From assembly GCF_009914755.1 (NCBI RefSeq), contig NC_060930.1: a stretch of DNA of 64,000 nucleotides. The stretch is one strand, 5' to 3'. This DNA is from the human T2T-CHM13v2.0 reference genome, Homo sapiens. A program made the translations under genes and the position numbers. The notes under the pieces were generated by a model. The model was given only the letters and a program-made list of their open reading frames with translations, did not search any database and was not told the DNA's origin. Positions 14,678 through 28,049 of the stretch are shown piece after piece. The first letter of the stretch is position 1. Every line of letters starts with the position of its first letter.

Positions 14678-15217
14678 GTCCAGGTCAAAAATGGCAGCAG
14701 CTGCTGAGTCCCAGGTTTCTTGCTACTGGGTCAGTCCCACCCACAACTGGGACAGCCTATGTCGAGCAACGTCCATGGCCAGGAGGGCTCAGCTCACATG
14801 TGGAAGGCCCTCACCTACTTCATTGTGCTCCCCAAGGTGGCAATAAGCTTGCTGAATGTGTTCCTGAAGTCGCACCACCATGGAGAGTACGAGACCCGAG
14901 GTCATCACCTACCCCCATCTCCACATCACGTCCAAGCCCTTTCCCTGGGGAGATGGTAACCATTCTCTATTCCATAACCCTGTGTTAATCCACTTCCAAC
15001 TGGCTACAAAGATAAAAAGAATCTGGACCACTATCCGGGCACTGGGACCTCAGCACCGGTTTGGACCATTACTCGGCTCACAGACCAGAAAAGTATACAG
15101 GACCTTAAGCTCGCCTTCTTTACTTGTAACAAATCATGACTAGCATACTGATCTTCCATCCCTTTGCTTGTGGCAGGATGTGGCTTAAATAAATAACTTA
15201 AACTTAGAAAAAGAAAT
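14678..15217 (+). pseudogene. COX6A1 (pseudogene): Processed pseudogene of cytochrome c oxidase subunit 6A1
   Basis: ATG at 14691; conceptual peptide [106 protein letters not shown]; intronless; frameshifts near 14721, 14893 and 14981; AATAAA 15188-15193; decayed A-tail; 19-bp TSD aaaagctataggcatttga at 14659-14677 and 15218-15236. Confidence 0.96.
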
Positions 15218-15587
15218 AAAAGCTATAGGCATTTGATTATTATTCTAAAATGGAAACAGTAATTACTATACTGAAACTGCCTCTTAGTAAATAAAGGTTA
15301 TCCACAGTTTTATGATTACCTAAAAATATTATAGAGATGTCATGGGACTTTTACCCTAGGTTTTACCTAAGTTGTTGAAAAACCAACTGCTTAATGTGGG
15401 TTTGAACCACCAGTGGGAAACTGAATTAAGGTGTTTTCTGATTCTTGCCATCACTCCAACATTCCTTCCATAGAACAGTAACAATCTTCATGTGAAACAC
15501 CCTCCCCTGGGGCAAAGTAATTCATAAATATATGTCATGGTTGAGGTCTGCTGTTCTAAATTTAATTGTTACAATGGCCCGGCAGGT

Positions 15588-15778
15588 AGGGTTGCCAGAT
15601 TTAGCAAATAAAATAGAGGACTCTCGATGAATTTGAATTTCAAAAGAGTAAGGAATACTGAATTTTAGTATAAGTATATTTTAACTATTGCATAGGCCAT
15701 ACTGTTACTGAAAAAAAATCATTTGTTTATCTGAGACTCAAATTTATCTACTATCTTGTATTTTTATCTGGCAAACTT
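15588..15778. mobile_element. MER53 palindromic MITE
   Basis: agggttgccagatttagcaaataaaat ... tttttatctggcaaact; near-palindromic, ~190 bp. Confidence 0.85.
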
Positions 15779-18700
15779 AACAGGACTTCTTGCATTGCCT
15801 GAAAAAAAGGCAGGGAACAGATTTCTGGAAGCCTATGAAAAGCTGGGAGTGACCAGGGTTATAGAAGGTGTTTAGCAAGGTAGACACAGATATATATGGA
15901 AAGGAAAAATATATAAATGCAAGAACCATGATAAATAGTTAAGGCATATAGTACATTCCCAAGACGTAGGAGGTAAATATGGCATTATTTACGACTTAAT
16001 GTTTCTTTAAAATAAAGAAGTAGAGCAAATGATAGTAAAGGCCTGGAATTATAAAACAGTATTGTCCTACATTTTCTAAAAAATTTTGCTTTTCCTACAG
16101 AAATCATGGTAACAAAGATTTTCATAGACCTTTGATCGACGGCACCTGTCAGTTTCTTGTTCTGTCTCTCAATGTCCTGTTTACTCTCGCTTGTTTTTCC
16201 AACTGTGAATTTTGTGTGACTAGAGTTCAGTTTGTGATTGACTATAAACTCTGTTTTATGTTTTCCTGTAGGGTCTTATACAGACATTTATTCCCCCAAG
16301 ATTTTTTTAGCTCAGTTAAATTTTTGTTTCTATATGCATCTCTTTTAACTTGTCTTTATTGAACTCTATAAAATCACAAGCACACTGTCATCTTGTAAAT
16401 TACATGTTTCTATTAAATAAGTAAAGCTACCAGAAAACAAACTTGCAATCAAAAATGAAATTTAATGCTTAAATCGTGTGTTACTTTGATTTACATTCAG
16501 GCACATATTTCTTTATCAGTGCACCTGTAAATCAACATTATGGAGACAGCTATCCAAGTATAAGAACAACTGAATATGTATAAACCAAATTGTGTTCACA
16601 AATATGTAGATCGAGGTAGTAAACACCTTTATCACCAGTTAAAAATCTGTCACTGATTATACATAGGGGAAAATGCAAGCATCAACTTTTTAGTAAATAG
16701 CTTAAGAACCTTGATAATATCAGTGGTTCAAGTAAAGTGTGCATTGCATACTGATAGTCTAGATAAAGTCTTTGATTACTGATACAGAGACTCACATGCA
16801 GAATATAAATTCATATGTGGTCGTATAAACTATATGTTGTAAACTCTGATGAACTATTAATGACATTTAAAAGACTGACAAATCAGTGACACATAATTGA
16901 GATTTTAGAATATCATCCAAGAGCATTGTCCTTTTTATTATTTCCTATTGGAAATTAAAAAATAGGGTTATCAGATAAAATATATTTTTAGTATACCTTT
17001 CAGAGACAAATACAGTATATTTTTTCTTCTGGGATAGCATTATCGTGGCATAACTGATTCTGGGTTGAAAGATTTTTGACAGACAACAGGCTTAAGTTAA
17101 GTCCACATCTACCTCTTCTGCACCATGCTAAGATCTATCTCAAGTACAGCCAGGTTCACCAGGCCACTTCTGCAAACCTGATGGTTCTTTTCACAAAGGA
17201 CTTGGGCACCTCTGAGACAATGCCATGATTCCTCAACTCACAATGCTTAATCCCTTTATTTTCTCAAGGAAACATTAAGGAAACTTGTGTTTGTTTGTTT
17301 TGAGCTATTTTATTAGAAGACAACAGTTATCTATAATAGAGTATCCACATAAACTGAAGAATGTTCTCTTGTCCAAATTATAGAACATGTCATATATTTG
17401 AGTAAAGAGAATGGTAGAGAGAGATATACCTCCATTAACCGCGGTTACCTAAGGAAATGTGGAAGCATGAAGAGGGGGTTAGAAAGATTGATTGCTTCTT
17501 AATATATCATTTCATTGTTTTGCTTGTTAAAATTAGCATATTTAAAATTTTAATTAAATAATTAAGGAAATTGGATGAAAATAAGCACAGATAAAAATAA
17601 AAGAAGCAGGAAATTTTCTCCAGTCTGTGAATCTTCTATTACTAGAAAATTTTAAAAGAGTTGCAGAAACAAAGTGAAAAGTCTTTCACGAACAAAATAT
17701 AGAAATGACTTCTAAGGGACCTTGCTAAGGTAGCAAGGTTAAGATAACTGGCATCTTTTGCTTATATTGGTTATATTTCTAAATTACAAAAATAATATAT
17801 AAAATTCAAAATCACCCCTGCTAAAATAATAATTTTATGAAAGAAGACTAAAACCACACTCTACTTATCAATGTCAACTTGTCAATACCTCCTTGTTCTA
17901 TTTTTCATTTGGAGATCTCAATCTATTCTAAAGAAAATCTCTCTTACTAATTAATATGACTGCCTGTCTCCAATAACATCCATACATATTATTATCTAAA
18001 GGTACAAAAGTGTTTTGTGTATTATTTCATAAATATGCTTTGAATATTATTATAAGTATAATATCAGAATTTTATATCTATGTATTTATATCTTTGGGGC
18101 CTGGTGCAATTGATAATGAGATTATTCTTTTCTCTTTTTTTGACCTTACCATCTTCAAACCAAAATGTTTCTGTATTAATTAAGAATGAGGGTAGGAAGA
18201 AATTATTTTTATTTCATGTGTTGTACTCTTGTCTTGCCTTGGATCACATATAATATTTATTTATCTAATCATTCCTTCTCTTTTCTGTGCTTTGGCACAA
18301 ACAAAAAATTCCACAACAATTTTCTAAAAACACAATATAGCTTTCCTTTTATCCTGATGCACAACTTCCTAGATTATCAAGTATCACATATTGTAGTCGT
18401 TCTGTCCACCTAATCTGAGCCTGAGTCAACATAAGCCAGTTAGTGCTTGCCTTGTAGAAAATAAGCTTCAATATATAAAATACCCAATGGTAAGGAGGGA
18501 AGTTTCAATGTTAGTTTTTGATGGAAACCTTAAAGTTCAACTTCAATCAGCATCATGAAGTTGATTGACTTTTTGGTCAATCAACCCAATTTACAAGGTA
18601 AAGGGCTAAGATGGAAATATAAGAATAAAACTAAATAATCTAGAATCTAGAGCACATAAGATGTCAGAAGCATCTTTTCAGAAGTTTTGGAAGCAACTGA

Positions 18701-19037
18701 AGACATGATCGCCTGTCCAGGCATCACTGTACTTTGCACAGGCACAGAGACATAGATAATATCCTGAGGAAGCAGCCCCAAGATATATCAATCTTATCTT
18801 TCTAAAGTAAACAGGCATCCTTGTGTGTGCAATGTGGTCTGAAAGAGTGCAGAAGTATTCTATTCCTAAAACCTCACTTCCAACGTATATCCACCTGGCA
18901 ATTTAACTATTGGTTCATTTCTTTTAATTAATCTTATTTGTTTTCAAATTATTTTGAAGAATTCTCTAAGAAACAATCGTAGACTGAGAAAATAACTACA
19001 TGGTGAAATGGAAGGTACCTGGGACTAGTAGCCAAAT

Positions 19038-20656
19038 TGATGGTGGTGACAGCCTGTCTGGAGTGGCTGCTGTGAGGATGCCAGCTACAGTGGAGGAGGC
19101 ACAGTCAAGGTTGTGCCCTCTGTGGAGCAGGCGGGACCTGGGAACAGGTGAGAGCCCCACCCTCTAGCAGGAGTCCACACTCCCACACACAGCCACAGCT
19201 GCCTAGCCACAGCTCCAGACCCTGGCATCCCTGCACTTTCAGGGGCCCAGGAAGCCCCCTGCCCCACAGGCTTAAAAGTGCCTACTCCTGCTCCCTGGCT
19301 TCTCCCTGCTCCCGGTGCCCACTCTGGGGCAGAGCAAAGTTGTGGCCAAGCCTGGGCGCTGTTGCAACCCAATTGGGTGTGCACACACTCAAGGCAGTGC
19401 TGACACACCAGCCCCCTGCCAACTTGGCCCCATCTGGACTTTGGGCACTGACAAGCATGAGAGGAGCCTGGGGGTACTGAGGGTGGCTCAGCAAGGGCCT
19501 GTCGGCATCTCATGCCACAGACAGCCTGGGCGTCATGGATGACATGCTAATGGCAGACAGGTTCCTGGGTGGGAAGGGGCAGGACCCCAGTGAAACCTCT
19601 CTTTCAAGCCAGGAACAGCCTGAAGCCTGGGGACTTGACGGCCAATTCCCATTGATGTCTGCAGCCCAGAGTGAGAACTTCAATGATGACTGTTCAGCCA
19701 ATCTAATGGTGTTTTTTCCAGGCCTGCCCATGGCTACCTACAGACCATTCAGCAGGCACCTTCTCCCTTCTGAGCCCATAAACACCCCAACCTCACGCAC
19801 TTCTCTGGACGACCTTCCTGGGGATAGGAGGTACCCAGTCCAAGTCGCCTCTCTATTAAAGGGCTGCACTCATCAGGACTCCCTGCCTGCAGATAGGAGC
19901 TACGTACTCCAGGTCTCCTCTTCACAACATCTGGACACTCATCCGGATGGCATGCCTGTGATAAGGAACTACCCACTTCAGGTCTCCTGAGAGCTGTTAT
20001 GTTGCTCAATAAAGCTCCTGTCTGCCTTGCTGTCCCTCCAGTTGTCCACATACCTCATTATTCCAGGACGTGGGACAAGATCTCGGAACCCACCGAATGG
20101 CAGGACTGAAACAGCTGTAACACAAACAAGCTAAAACATGTCCCCTCTGCTCACCACATTGCAAGTGATGAGGAGAGAAGAGCTGCAGCCCTTCGGGGAG
20201 CCCAGACCTAGGGATTCCCCAAGCCAGGGCTGTGAAACCTCTTTGGGGCTCTGAGGTTCCTAGCGTCTCCAACCCTCCAGGAACTGCTGCCTTCCCTTCG
20301 TCCAGATGCGGTTGCCCGCAGCAGAAGCCACTTATGGTACATCTAATCCAGCCACAGCCTTACATGGAGCTGGCAGTTGTCAGTGCCTGGAGCTGCCCAC
20401 CCCACTGCAGTAGCTGGCACGCCTAGCTGTGCACAGTGACCAGACCCCATGCTCACTTGCTCACACATTCCTCGCTTCTCCGCACCTGGCTTTCCCTTGG
20501 CAGGCATGGGATCCGGCCAGTAGTGTGGCCTAGTGAAGCCTGCCAGGCTGAGTGGGTGGAATGAGAGCCCCGTGGGCTCAAGGAAAACTCAGGTAAAGGT
20601 GCCACTGGCCACAGAGGTTTTGGCTGGAAAAGCAACATCCTAAGGATACTGTGACA
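19038..20656 (+). mobile_element. MER52-family ERV1 solo LTR (~1.6 kb)
   Basis: TG...CA ends (tgatggtggtgacagcctgtctggagtggctgctg ... aggatactgtgaca); GC-rich; AATAAA near 20008; flanks aaat/taat (imperfect 4-bp TSD). Confidence 0.85.
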
Positions 20657-20699
20657 TAATGACCTAAGTTCTTCAGAAAAAAGTTATATTTGATTATTT

Positions 20700-21830
20700 T
20701 GATAAAATGTAAAAATTCCTAGAAATATAAACCTATCAAAATATACTCAAGTTGAAAGAAAAATGATAATATCCCTAATCATTTAAAAATACATTTAAGA
20801 AGTTAAAAAATTACCTAACTGAAATTTATCAACCTCAGATCTTTTTATGAATGAGTTCAAGATATATTTAAGACTGAGAATTTTCCTCTCATATATAAAT
20901 TCTTATATAGAATTTATAGAATATAGAAAGAACTCTTCTTTATGATAAAATGGGTCTATGATAACCTTGATAATTATGAACATTGATGCAAAAAATTCTT
21001 ACGCAAAATATTATCAAAACAAATTGTTTAAAATACAATAAATAGTGGTGAAGTTAGATGTATCTCAGCTTTGTAAGTATCAAATTTAGTAAGGATGTGC
21101 CACAGTAATAAATTAAAAAGGAAATATCTCATCTTAAATATATGCATAGAAATATGACATACATCATTATAGCACTGATAGCCAATAAACATAAAAGAAA
21201 TTCCTTCAACTGACAGAGGATACTCTACAAAAAAAAAACCACAGAAACAAAACACTGTAGCAAACATGTTTATAAATGATAAAATATTGGTGGCATGTTA
21301 CAGTTCTTTCCTGTAAAATCAGAGACAGATAAACATATATGCTACAATGTTTCCTTGAATACATGTTTAGGAATCCTATTTAGCAAACAAAAAAAAAAGA
21401 AGGAAAAATAAAAGATAAAAATTAGAAAAAAGAAACTTATTTATAAATATTGGCTTTATCTTATTCTGTTTTCTTCCAAAATTCAGTGTTCATTTCATAA
21501 CATATAATAAGTAACTCCTAAAAATTAATAATGAAAAGTCAAACAATCTGATTTTAAAAAGTGAGCAGAAGACATCGATAGGTCTTTAACAAAAATGAAT
21601 TCCCCCAGAATGAGCAACAGCCCTAATAATCAGATCAATGCAAGTTAAATTCATTTTATACACACCAAAATGACTAAAAATAAATTTTATCAAAACTGTA
21701 AATACAAACATCGACAAAAAACATTTTTCAAAAAGAATGTGCTTATGTTTCTGGTTGGGGTATGAATTAGTACAACTGCTTAGAAAGTAATTTGGCATGA
21801 TCAAGAAGACCTGATAGAATGGACTGTATG
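20700..21830 (+). mobile_element. Highly decayed L1M ORF2 fragments
   Basis: A-rich; atgaacattgatgcaaaaaattctt (MNIDAKI motif) and other ORF2-like patches. Confidence 0.6.
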
Positions 21831-21869
21831 TGCACTATATCTAAAAATCTCCTTGCTGTCATTTCCATA

Positions 21870-22320
21870 GCTCCCTTTCTCTTTCTTTGACCACATCTCA
21901 TAGCGTCTTGTTCTTACACTGGCCTTCATTTGGTTCCTTTGAAATTCTGTATTTATCACCGCAGATTATTTGTAGTTTCAGTTCCTTGCACCTTTGATTC
22001 CATTCCTTCAATCTGATTAAGGTTTATTTTAAAGAAATCAAGAGTCACTTCTTAGAGAAGTCTTCTCTAATATCCAAAATCGGAATAAAAGTCCAATAAT
22101 CCACTATCCTTTTATCCTGTTTATTTTATCTTCTCTGAGTTTATACATTTTAGGTACTTATTATATACTCCCCTCTCCTGCCCACACACACACCCCTGCT
22201 GGAATTTCAGCTCCAAAGGTTTGTGAACATTTTCATTCACTGCTGCATCTCCAGGTTCCAGAATATCATACGGCATAGAGCAGACACTCAAAATATTTTT
22301 TTTTAATATTAAGTGAATTC
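21870..22320 (+). mobile_element. L2 3' portion
   Basis: cattcactgctgcatctccaggttccagaatatcatacggcatagagcagacactcaaaatatt matches the L2 3' end pattern. Confidence 0.65.
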
Positions 22321-23214
22321 ACTCAGGTTGGAAATGAGGAATCTCTATTTTTTAAATGTCTCCACGACATTCTGGCAATGAGAATATTTAGAAACTAGTG
22401 ACCAAAACAAAGTAATCTAATATCATCTGTCTCTTTGACTTTTAGAAAAGGTTCCCTATTGGAATAGACAGTGGCTGGGGAGGCCAATGAAACCTCCCTA
22501 AGCTGTCAATACCTCCTTGCGTCTTCCCCAGTGTAGTAGGTGAAAGAATCTTAGTCTAGTTATAGGGAGGCAAGTCTCAAGACCAAGAATCATTTCTATG
22601 CTTGCGTGTAAAATAAATACTTATTGGGGATGGGCAAATGAATAATCTAATGAACAAAAGCAGAAATCAGTTAGCTCAAGAGATTAATTTCCTTCTTCCA
22701 CTTTAACAAAATTCTGACTTGTAATTGGCTCCTAAAAATAAAGTCATTTCCACTTGTTGTATACTACCAAGTTCATTTTAATTACCTATACTCGTTGGAT
22801 GTGCTCTTCCTATTCTGTTTTATATGCTTGAAAAAATGAAGATATAACTGTAGGTAACTCAATTAAAAATATACTACTGTATTATACTTTGTAATATAAT
22901 TTTCAACGTGTTTATCAAGTTTGAAGCAAAAGCTTTCTCTCTGAAGAAATACCCCATCCCCAGTCCACGTATATCATTTATCATCACATTTCAGTCTGGT
23001 TTGTCAAAGGATTTGTATGGTTTACCAAACTTCAATTTAAATACTTCTTGTCTTAGCAAAATATTCTATATATTGCATATTTAATAAAGAAAACAGCAAA
23101 ATTAGAAAACTGTCATTCTGTATGATACTGAAATCAATAAGAAGGTTAAAAGATTAGGATGTTTAGTTTTTCTTGGTGATTATCAGGTAATTAATAATTA
23201 TAATGGCAATATAA

Positions 23215-23460
23215 ATATTAATAATACATAAAATTTGTATAGTAACTGATATGGGACAAGTACTAAGGTTTACATGTTGAATTAACCTAAGCTTAACAAC
23301 TACTGTATAGATAGGTATTATTATTTTCCCCATTTTACAAATGAGAATACTGCAGTACAGATTGGTTGAGCAATTTGCTTCAGGTCATGAAGCTAGAAAG
23401 AGATAAAGTCAGAATTCAAACCCAATGTTATACATCCAGGGCCTATGCTCATACCACTAG
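23215..23460 (-). mobile_element. MIR SINE
   Basis: Core attattttccccattttacaaatgagaatactg...ggtcatgaagctag...gaattcaaaccca. Confidence 0.8.
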
Positions 23461-24701
23461 TTTATTTGTAGCAGATTATTATTTTTCACAAATATTCTCC
23501 TTTTAAATTGTAGAAATCAAAACACAATATCGGGTTTAAAAGTTGACATAAACTTTAAAAACAATACCTCTATACACACAGACAAACAAACATCATTTCC
23601 TAATTGTTTCAATAAAAAACTAACACTTTTTAAGTGGAGTCTATGTTTATCAGAGCTTGTATTAGATAAACATAATCACTCCACAGCAGAGCTTAATATT
23701 CAAACAAGGTTACATCCTGTGAGGTGCAGTGGAGGGAGAAGAAGTTTAAGAATATTTAAGACACTTTGGTTTCTGCTTCTGAGATTACAGAAATTACCAT
23801 CAGCTATGAAGTGTGACTCATATCTGAGCAGTCAGTCCACACAGTATTTTTTATCTTTCAAACAAAATTCATTTATCAACACTAAATCAAAGTATATAAC
23901 TATTTAAAACATTGTATTTTTTTCATTTCTATTTATTTGCTCTCCAACCTTAGACTTGAGAATGATGGTTATTGTTAAATAGAAGGTAAAATTATAAAGT
24001 CATAGCAAAAACAAGTGTTCTATAAGGAAACAGACTGCATTTCTAGTGGTAAGCAAATTAAAAAGAGTAGCCTGGCGCTGGACCACCATTCCTATGGGTG
24101 GGAAATAGGCTAACAAATGTTAGTTTTCTTTATATTCACTATACTTTATCATTTAGTTTCATTTGGTTCCCACAGGGAGAACTGACTGGTCAATGTCTTT
24201 CCTCACAATAATCATAGCACTGTTCTCTTCTGTCCTTAGCAATGCTATATTCAGTCATAGTATTGATGAATGAAGAAAAATTTTTTATTCTGTCCTTTTT
24301 TATGAAAAAATATGTTTCCCATATATAAATTATCAAAATATAAAGCAAGGGGGGGCCTAAATTTAATTATATTTAATGTGTTGTATAACTTTTTTCCTAA
24401 TTTCTGTTAATACTTTCTATATGTATATTTATTAATATGTCTATTCACCTTATTCCCTCCCTTGCACACTGTCTGTAGAGGCAAGTGGAAATATTTTATC
24501 CCTGAAAACTACTTAGTCAATCCTCATTTTATTGAGGATCAACATACATGTCAATATATGTTAATATATGTTACATATACATACATATAACATACTTATA
24601 ACAATATAACATATGTTCTGATATATAACATATACCAGAAGCTCATACATATAAATAAATGTATGAGCTTATAATTCTTATGATGAGCCAACCCTTCTAC
24701 T

Positions 24702-24734
<33 letters not shown>

Positions 24735-24749
24735 ATATATATATATATA
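24702..24749. repeat. Compound (TCTA)n(TA)n microsatellite
   Basis: Directly visible. Confidence 0.95.
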
Positions 24750-24851
24750 CACATAATATTTGAATACCCTATATTTCTTTCTTTTGCCTGATTGCCCTGG
24801 CCACTCCTACTGATCTTATAGTTGTCTAGGAGAATTAATTTCATTATGATT

Positions 24852-26874
24852 ATATATATATACTTAAGTTCTGGGATACATGTGCAGAATGTGCAGGTTT
24901 GTTACATAGGTATGCATGTGCCATGGTGGTTTGCTGCACCTATCCACCTGTCATCTACATTAGGTATTTCTCTTAATGCTATCCCTCCCCTTGACCCCCA
25001 CCTCTCGACAAGCCCCAGTGTGCGATGTTCCCCTCCCTGTGCCCATAAGTTCTCATTGTTCATCTCCCTTTTATGAGTGAGAACATGTAGTGCTTGGTTT
25101 TCTGTTCCCATGTTAGTTTGCTGAGAATGATGGTTTCCAGCTTCATCCACGTCCCTGCAAAGGACATGAACTCATTCTTTTTTATGGCTTCATAGTATTC
25201 TGTGATGTATATGTGCCACATTTTCTTTATCCAGTCTAACATTGATGGGCATTTACTCTGGTTCCAAACATCTGCTACTGTGAATAGTGCTGCAACAAAC
25301 ATATGTGTGCATGTATCTTTATAGCAGAATGATTTATAATCCCTTGGGTATGTACCTGGTAATGAGATTGCTGGGTCAAATGATATTTTTAGTTCTAGGA
25401 CCTTGAGGAATTGCCACACTGTCTTCCACAATGGTTGAACTAATTTACACTCCCATCAACAGTGTAAAAGTGTTCCTATTTCTCCACATCCTCTCCAGCA
25501 TTGGTTGTTTCCTGACTTTTTAATGACCGTCATACTTATTGTTGTGAGATGGTATCTCATTGTGGTTTTGACTTGCATTTCTCAAATGACCAGTGATGAT
25601 GAGCTTTTTTAAATGTTTGTTGGCCACATAAATGTCTTTTGAAAAGTGTCTGTTCATTTCCTTTGCCAACTTTTTGATGGGGTTGTTTGCTTTTTTCTTG
25701 TAAATTTGTTTAAGTTCCTTGTAGATTCTGGATATTAGCCCTTTGTCAGATGGATAGATTGCAAAACTTTTCTCCCATTCTGTGGGTTGCCTGTTCACTC
25801 TGATGGTAGTTTCTTTTGCAGTGCAGAAGCTCTTTAGTTTAATTGGATCCCATTTGTCAATTTTGGCTTTTGTTGCAATTGCTTTTGGTGTTTTGGTTGT
25901 GAAGTCTTTGCCCATGCCTGTGTCCTGAATGGTATTGCCTAGGTTTTCTTCTAGGATTTTTATGGTTTTAGATCTTACATTTAAATCTTTAATCCATCTG
26001 GAGTTAATTTTTGTAAAAGGTGTAAGGAAGGGGTCCAGTTTCAGTTTTCTGCATATGGCTAGCCAGTTTTCCACGTATGGCTAGACAGTTTTCCCAGCAT
26101 CATTTATTAAATAAGGAATCCTTACCCCATTGCTTGTTTTTGTCAGCTTTGTCAAAGATCAGATGGTTGCAGATGTGTGGTATTATTTCTGAGGCCTCTG
26201 TTTTGTCCAATTGGTCTATATATCGGTTTGGGTACCAGTACCATGCTGTTTTGGTTACTGCAGCCTTGTAGTATAGTTTAAAGTCAGGTAGCCCAATGCC
26301 TCCAGCTTTCTTCTTTTTGCTTAGGATTGTCTTGGCTATACAGGCTCTTTTTTGGTTCCATATGAAATTTAAAGTAGTTTTTTCTAATTCTGTGAAGAAA
26401 GTCAATGGTGGCTTGATGGAATAGCATTGAATCTATAAATTACTTTGGGCAGTATGGCCATTTTCATGGTATTGAATGTTCCTGTCCCTGAGCATGGAAT
26501 GTTTTTCTATTTGTTTGTGTCCTCTTCTATTTCCTTGAGTAGTGGTTTGTAGTTCTACTTGAAAAGATCCTTCACATCCCTTGTATGTTGTATTCCTAGG
26601 TATTTTATTCTCTTTGTAGCAATTGTGAATGGGAATTCACTCATGATTTGGCTCTCTGTTTGTCTATTTTTGGTGTATAGGAATGCTTGTGATATTTGCA
26701 CATTGATTTTGTATCCTGATACTTTGCTGAAGTTGCTTATTAGCTTAAGGAGTTTTGGGGCTGAGACAATGGGGTTTTCTAAATATATGTCATGTGCAAA
26801 CAGAGATAATTTGACTTCCTTTCTTCCTATTTGAATACCCTTTATTTCTTTCTCTTGACTGATTGCTCTGGCCA
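24852..26874 (-). mobile_element. 5'-truncated L1 (L1PA7/8-like), ~2 kb
   Basis: Reversed 3'UTR (cttaagttctgggatacatgtgcagaatg) and minus-strand ORF2 peptides ([26 protein letters not shown]); bracketed by a 95-bp direct repeat. Confidence 0.93.
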
Positions 26875-27369
26875 CTACTACTGATCTTATAGTTGTCTAG
26901 GAGAATTAATTTCATTATGATTTTCATTTTGTTTTGTCACATCACTTCCACAGAATTGTGTAACTTAAGGACAAGAATCATATCTTATCTACTTTCTCTC
27001 ACTTTAAATGTCCATCACAATGTTTCGCATCTAACAAGCACAAAGCAAGTGAATAAAGTCAGTATTAAAAGAATGAGTAGAAGTTGTTTAAGCAATCTAC
27101 AAAATTGTCCTTTTAAAAGCACACTAAAACTTTCTGATGTCTATCTCTTGCTTTCCTTTCTGTGCAATTTTATCTTTCTGTGTAATTTCTGCCTTTAGCA
27201 GAATCTCTATTCCCTATTTTAATTATCTGTTAAACTCAGATTCAAACTCCTTTTACTACTAACAAAATCTGCTAGGAATAATCAAATATATCCATCCCCG
27301 CTTGAGAAGTAAAAGACCAATAAGCATTAGAAAATAAAAATGAATGAAAATAATTAAGAAAGAATATCA

Positions 27370-27590
27370 AGGTAGGATAGCACAGTAATTAAGAGTTAAA
27401 ATGGCTTTTATGTCTTTTATAGCAAAGTACAAGCTAAGTAACTTCGGACATGTTTGCTAACCTTTCTAACTCTCAGTTTTTAAATATGAAAAAGAAATAT
27501 TAGTTATTTCATAGAATCATTTTGAGGGTAAAACACCAAATGTAACCACCACAAGGCTTGCCACATTATAGGCATTCAGTTACTGTTATT
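27370..27590 (+). mobile_element. MIR SINE, decayed
   Basis: aacctttctaactctcagttttt core and a typical MIR tail. Confidence 0.55.
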
Positions 27591-28049
27591 TACTATTAAT
27601 ATTTTTGATTATTATATCAGTGATTGTGACATACAAATTACCAGTAGCTATGGGTAATAATAAACCAATAAGTTGATCGATACAATGATATATTGGTAAC
27701 ATAAATTTTAATAATGTAGTAATCACTACCGAAAACAACAAGTATGTAATATAAATGGAAAGACAAAAGATAAATGAATCCTTCTTCAAATATATGTACC
27801 TGAACATTGCTAAATGGGTGGGAAGAAGGTATCTCTTCTGCCTGCCATCCAATATGAAACAACAGGAAATAACTGTGCTTTCATCCATATAAATATTGTG
27901 AAAATTTAGACTTGATAACATTTATAGAAACTGAAATACATAAAATTAAATTGGTGATAAAAATGATCTTGATCTTTAACATATATTTTTTCACTTAATT
28001 AGCTCCAGTATTTGAGGAAGACTGCGCAGACTGCTTGCTGAGTTCTCCG

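Noticed and set aside
14551-14988. 145-aa ORF as a resurrected retrogene
   Set aside because: It is mostly out of frame with COX6A1 and starts in flanking DNA, with no support for translation.
14678-15217. Assigning a numbered COX6A1P name or chromosomal locus
   Set aside because: This cannot be determined without a genome search.
19085-20638. Cluster of overlapping GC-rich ORFs
   Set aside because: Chance ORFs inside the MER52 LTR.
26055-26093. ~19-bp tandem duplication (tatggctagccagttttcc) in L1 ORF2
   Set aside because: Real, but an ordinary small slippage or repair duplication.
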